DNA of 64,000 nucleotides from Pseudomonadota bacterium (GTDB lineage Bacteria; Bdellovibrionota_B; Oligoflexia; Oligoflexales; CAIYRB01): NCBI GenBank assembly GCA_026390435.1, contig JAPLFY010000105.1, positions 606 to 64,605 of the forward strand, read 5' to 3'. Shown piece by piece: positions 60,498 to 64,000 of this stretch (position 1 is its first letter; each line of letters starts with the position of its first letter). The notes under the pieces were generated by a model. It saw only the letters and a program-made list of their open reading frames with translations, ran no database searches and was not told where the DNA came from. The position numbers and the translations under genes were made by a program.

Positions 60498-62024
60498 ATG
60501 GCAAAAAATAGGACGTTTGGGACCTGTCGGCGATGTATTTTAATGGCCGGACTTGGCGGGCTCGTTATGAGCTGGCTTTCCGCCTGTGACCAGCAGGCTG
60601 GTTTCGGGAATCAGAGTTCCCTCGCTTCTCAACAAAATATTAAGTCCAGCTCAACGTCGTCTGGTACAAGCAGAGAAGAGCAATTGATTAGAGAGCGCAA
60701 ATTAGCGGGGGATTCCCCTATTGCCATCGCGACTTCGCTGAAAACACAGTATCAGCTCGATGCTCGGACATTAGCCCTCTTAATGAAGGCACAAGGCTTT
60801 GAGTGTGGGGACGTAGCTGAAGTGCTGCACGTAGTTTATTCGATGCCAGCTGAGGCCACAGCTTCGATGCTGCGCAGCGTTGAATACGATACCGTGAGCG
60901 TTGCTAGTGCTTTAAAGTCCAAGCTTGCAATCAAAATTGACGAGTCTAGCCTGATCCTCAGCAAAATAGGTTGTGGCACAGCTGAAATTGCGGAAACTTT
61001 AATAAAAGTTTTTGCGGCCGATGCAACGACCGCCGTGGCTGTACTTAATAAGCTAGGTACCACTGTAGCTAACCTCAGTGTGGTCCTTACGTCGACTTAT
61101 GCCCTGACTTTGCAAGAAGCTGGTGTGGTCTTAAAGTCCAGTGGGTTTGGGGCTCAAGATATTTGTCGCGCCTTCTTCGAAAGACACAGTATCAGCGAAG
61201 ATGCGGCGGCAACGCTGCTAAGCAGTATTGGATTCGGAATTGCCGAGGTCGGTTTGGCTTTGGAAGTAATTTTTTCGACGAAACTCGAGATTGAAGCGAA
61301 ACACCTCCTGACAGCGGGTTACAAGATAGCTGAATTGGCAAAGTACCTGCATGAAAAGCATCAGCTAAGTGTCGAGATAACTGCATCTGTCCTACATAAA
61401 ATCGGTTGCACGGGTCCGGAAATCGCTACCGTGTTGAAGAATGTGTTCCAGATCAAGGCGGAATTAGCTGCCTCCATTTTTCATTCCTTGGCTTACTCAG
61501 CAATTCAGATTGGCTCGCTGCTTAAAGATGTGTTCTTACTTAATGCTGACCTCGCTGCTCCAATACTGCACGCCATCGGACGGACTAGTCTTGAGATTGC
61601 ACTGGTTCTGAAGGACGTTTTCGTGCTGAAAGCTGAGATAGCAGCGGGAGTTTTGCTGCACGTCGGTTGTGCTGTCCAGGAAATCGGGATGGCTCTAAAG
61701 CAGATATTTGGTCTCCAAGCTCAAATAGCGCTCGGGATTCTGAGGAGTTTGGGCTGCACAGCAATCCAACTCGGCGGCATCTTAAAAGATGTTTACCTGG
61801 TGAAGGTTGAGTTGGCCGTTCCGATTCTAAGAGGGATAGGGTGTGCTACGAGCGAGATTGGTCAGGTACTCAAAGTGGTGTTTGGTCTAACGGCAATACA
61901 GGCTGCAGGAATTTTGAAAATCGCCGGGTATGCAGCCTTTGACATCATCTCAATTCTGCGCGACGTCTTCCTAGTTGGTGCAGATATCATTGTCGGAATC
62001 TTGGCCGGTGTGGGTTTGCATTAA
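60498..62024 (+). CDS. Lipoprotein with 15 tandem 29-aa helical repeats
   Basis: Lipobox LSAC; residues 71-505 parse into 15 ungapped G-x4-(E/Q)I-x3-LK-x-VF... units. Confidence 0.8.
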   Translation: MAKNRTFGTCRRCILMAGLGGLVMSWLSACDQQAGFGNQSSLASQQNIKSSSTSSGTSREEQLIRERKLAGDSPIAIATSLKTQYQLDARTLALLMKAQGFECGDVAEVLHVVYSMPAEATASMLRSVEYDTVSVASALKSKLAIKIDESSLILSKIGCGTAEIAETLIKVFAADATTAVAVLNKLGTTVANLSVVLTSTYALTLQEAGVVLKSSGFGAQDICRAFFERHSISEDAAATLLSSIGFGIAEVGLALEVIFSTKLEIEAKHLLTAGYKIAELAKYLHEKHQLSVEITASVLHKIGCTGPEIATVLKNVFQIKAELAASIFHSLAYSAIQIGSLLKDVFLLNADLAAPILHAIGRTSLEIALVLKDVFVLKAEIAAGVLLHVGCAVQEIGMALKQIFGLQAQIALGILRSLGCTAIQLGGILKDVYLVKVELAVPILRGIGCATSEIGQVLKVVFGLTAIQAAGILKIAGYAAFDIISILRDVFLVGADIIVGILAGVGLH

Positions 62025-62071
62025 TCGAAGTACGCAGTTAACTGCCGGCGTGACTCTTTCCTCCCTCTGAC

Positions 62072-62118
62072 AAAAACCCATTCGGTCGCTGTAATAGGCT
62101 GACTAGATGGGTTTTTTT
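62072..62118 (+). terminator. Rho-independent terminator
   Basis: AAAAACCCAT...ATGGGTTTTTTT stem with T-run. Confidence 0.7.
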
Positions 62119-62138
62119 GTGCGCAGTTGCCAATTCGC

Positions 62139-62166
62139 TAAAGTTTGTGTCTCCTTTTGCCGATAA
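62139..62166 (+). promoter_or_regulatory. sigma-28-type promoter
   Basis: TAAAGTTT-N12-GCCGATAA (both boxes match consensus). Confidence 0.9.
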
Positions 62167-62243
62167 TATGGTGCGTTTAGAGAGATATGTGTCCCTCCTT
62201 TGCCTGACTCTAGAGAGAAGGTGCAGAATCAGAGGAGGACTCC

Positions 62244-63515
62244 ATGAGTAGCTACGGGAATTTACATAGATTTGTCTCAGCCACTAAACGCTTAGCCTTA
62301 GTCGTGACGACGTTAGGCATGACCATAAATTGTCAGACCGTTTCGAAATCTGTGACAAAAATAACTAAATCCGAAAAAGTGTCTCTGGTGCCTTTGCCAC
62401 TTACAAAAGGTGCAGCGACACCTCGGGCTTTGCATACCAGTCTATGGACCGGTAGCGGCATGGTCATTTGGGGCGGACTGGTCGATCAAAAGGCAGAGAA
62501 AGCCGATATGGCTGGCGGCGTTTACTATCCGAGTACGGACCGCTGGTATCCAGTTAAGCGCACGGAACTTGGTTCGCGCTACTTCCATACGGCAATTTGG
62601 GACGGCCACATGATGGTGGCTTGGGGAGGTGTTGATGCTGCAACGGGTACGCCAACGGCCAGTGGATTTCGCATGGACCCGAGTGAAGACGGCTGGAACG
62701 AAGTGAATGAGAAAGAGGCTCCTTCGGCTAGATCTGGCCATAGTGCGGTTTGGACTGGCGATCAGATGATAGTGTGGGGCGGAACAGGTGAAGCTGAGCA
62801 GTTCCTGAATGATGGCGGATTTTACAACTCCGCCGCTGATACCTGGAAGAAAATAAAGTCTGAGGGTGCGCCTTCGCCTCGTGCTTTTCATAGCGCAATT
62901 TGGACCGGCAAAAAAATGCTGGTTTGGGGTGGTGGCGATTATGAATCATGGTTGAATACGGGCGGCGTCTTCGACGTGGCCTCGGGTAAATGGAAGTCGA
63001 TGAGTGCTGTCGGTGCACCGTCGCCACGCATTAGCCATTCTGCAGTCTGGACGGGCTCCGAGATGATTGTTTGGGGCGGGCGAGATGCAGATAATTATCA
63101 ACTCAGTGATGGGTACAGCTACAACCCTGAGACTGACACTTGGGCAGCTTTACCAAAGGTGCCCGGTAATTTTAGTGCGCGCGAACTACATACTGCGGTT
63201 TGGACCGGGCAGGCGATGGTCATCTGGGGAGGTCACGATGGCAACAAGACTCTTAATAACGGTGCTGTGTTTGATCCGAAGAACCAAAGCTGGAGAGTTT
63301 TAGTCTCTAAAGACAAAGGTGCTGCGAGATACATGCATACGGCTGTCTGGACTGGGCAGGAGATGCTGATTTTCGGAGGTAAGGGATCGGATCAGAAGCT
63401 AATCAAGAACCGCACCGGCTTTCGCATCCCATTTGATCACGAAGCACTGGAGCAGCAGCCAGCCAGCCAAGTTCGGCAGGGCAGCGTTGTTAAATTAAGT
63501 GCACGCTCTGAGTAG
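62244..63515 (+). CDS. Kelch-repeat beta-propeller exported protein or lipoprotein
   Basis: Seven H(T/S)xxW(T/D)G..M..(W/F)GG repeats; hydrophobic leader ending TINC; RBS GAGGAGG. Confidence 0.88.
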   Translation: MSSYGNLHRFVSATKRLALVVTTLGMTINCQTVSKSVTKITKSEKVSLVPLPLTKGAATPRALHTSLWTGSGMVIWGGLVDQKAEKADMAGGVYYPSTDRWYPVKRTELGSRYFHTAIWDGHMMVAWGGVDAATGTPTASGFRMDPSEDGWNEVNEKEAPSARSGHSAVWTGDQMIVWGGTGEAEQFLNDGGFYNSAADTWKKIKSEGAPSPRAFHSAIWTGKKMLVWGGGDYESWLNTGGVFDVASGKWKSMSAVGAPSPRISHSAVWTGSEMIVWGGRDADNYQLSDGYSYNPETDTWAALPKVPGNFSARELHTAVWTGQAMVIWGGHDGNKTLNNGAVFDPKNQSWRVLVSKDKGAARYMHTAVWTGQEMLIFGGKGSDQKLIKNRTGFRIPFDHEALEQQPASQVRQGSVVKLSARSE

Positions 63516-63546
63516 AATTCGTGCCCGGTGCGATGATTAAAATACT

Positions 63547-63574
63547 AGTGCTAAGTGCTAAGTGCTAAGTGCTA
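63547..63574. repeat. 7-bp tandem repeat (AGTGCTA)x4
   Basis: Four perfect consecutive copies. Confidence 0.9.
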
Positions 63575-63737
63575 AGGCTGTTAAAGCGGCCAAGGTCTGG
63601 TGGTTGACCTTGGCGTCGGCTCTATCGGAAAGTCGGCCAGTACTCCAACCATACCGTAGGGCGCGTATGCGCCTGAGGCTTGGTTGGTGGTGAGGGCCGA
63701 CTCACCGTGAGCTTCGCGGAGCGAAGTGAACGGTCAT

Positions 63738-64000
63738 TTATTCGACCTCGGCCTGGTTCTCGATGTATTGCTTGAGCACCGAGACGGGCGCTCCACCGAC
63801 GGTGAGTAAGCAGTAGGTGCGGCTCCAAAAAACAGGTTTCCAGTAGTATTTCCTGACGTGCGTAGCGAACTCCTTTCGTATTAGGCGCGAGGTTACCGTT
63901 TTTAGATTATTGATGTATTAGGCGCGAGGTTACCGTTTTTAGATTATTGATCAGTCGGGAAGGTTGAGCCTTAGGATTAAGCGCCATCAGAAGGTGGACA
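63738..64000 (-). pseudogene. tnpA: Y1 (HUH) transposase TnpA 3' part, frameshifted
   Basis: VHLL...LINNLKTVTSRLIRKEF...FWSRTY.LLTVGGAPVSVLKQYIENQ-stop, interrupted by a 37-bp tandem duplication. Confidence 0.88.
63878..63951. repeat. Perfect 37-bp tandem duplication
   Basis: GTATTAGGCGCGAGGTTACCGTTTTTAGATTATTGAT at 63878-63914 and 63915-63951. Confidence 0.95.

Larger units (their letters stand above)
63589..64000 (-). mobile_element. IS200/IS605-family element (partial, runs off the window edge)
   Basis: tnpA fragment plus subterminal hairpins, e.g. ACCGT-GA-GCTTCGC-GGA-GCGAAGT-GA-ACGGT near 63704-63734. The exact element end is uncertain. Confidence 0.7.

Noticed and set aside
63622-63828. 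68-aa ORF on the minus strand
   Set aside because: Out of frame with the recognisable tnpA sequence it overlaps.

Overview
Bacterial chromosomal window. The gene content and the abundance of Cys-lipoproteins and orphan beta-barrels suggest Bdellovibrionota/Oligoflexia (inference). Housekeeping and metabolic genes include hemF, typA, ctaA-like, katG, tRNA-Cys, MFS and ABC transporters, an HD-GYP protein, an M20 amidohydrolase and a ChvA/NdvA-like exporter, interspersed with many uncharacterised exported proteins. Three things stand out. (1) A duplicated four-gene cassette at 5080-8257. Each unit encodes a lipoprotein with a glutamyl-endopeptidase-like domain, a conserved LE-WPHxR(S/T)xHVRTPHxR linker and a swapped C-terminal cargo (a phospholipase A2-like domain or an 8-Cys miniprotein), followed by a small beta-barrel partner; this is a candidate polymorphic effector-release system. 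(2) Fourteen correctly oriented sigma-28/FliA-type promoters (TAAAGTTT-N11/12-GCCGATAA-like), read directly from intergenic DNA, lie in front of non-flagellar, mostly lipoprotein genes. (3) Five of these lipoproteins share a Cys-x4/5-Phe-small N-terminal motif, and most of them fall in a 53-63.5 kb cluster of lectin-like, VWA, Gly-rich, 29-aa-repeat and Kelch lipoproteins with twin PP2C phosphatases. Decay events are also visible: a frameshifted OMP, a truncated AAA/DUF4143 ATPase, an internally deleted TA toxin, and an IS200/IS605 tnpA broken by a 37-bp tandem duplication. All family assignments come from motif recognition by eye; no database search was run.
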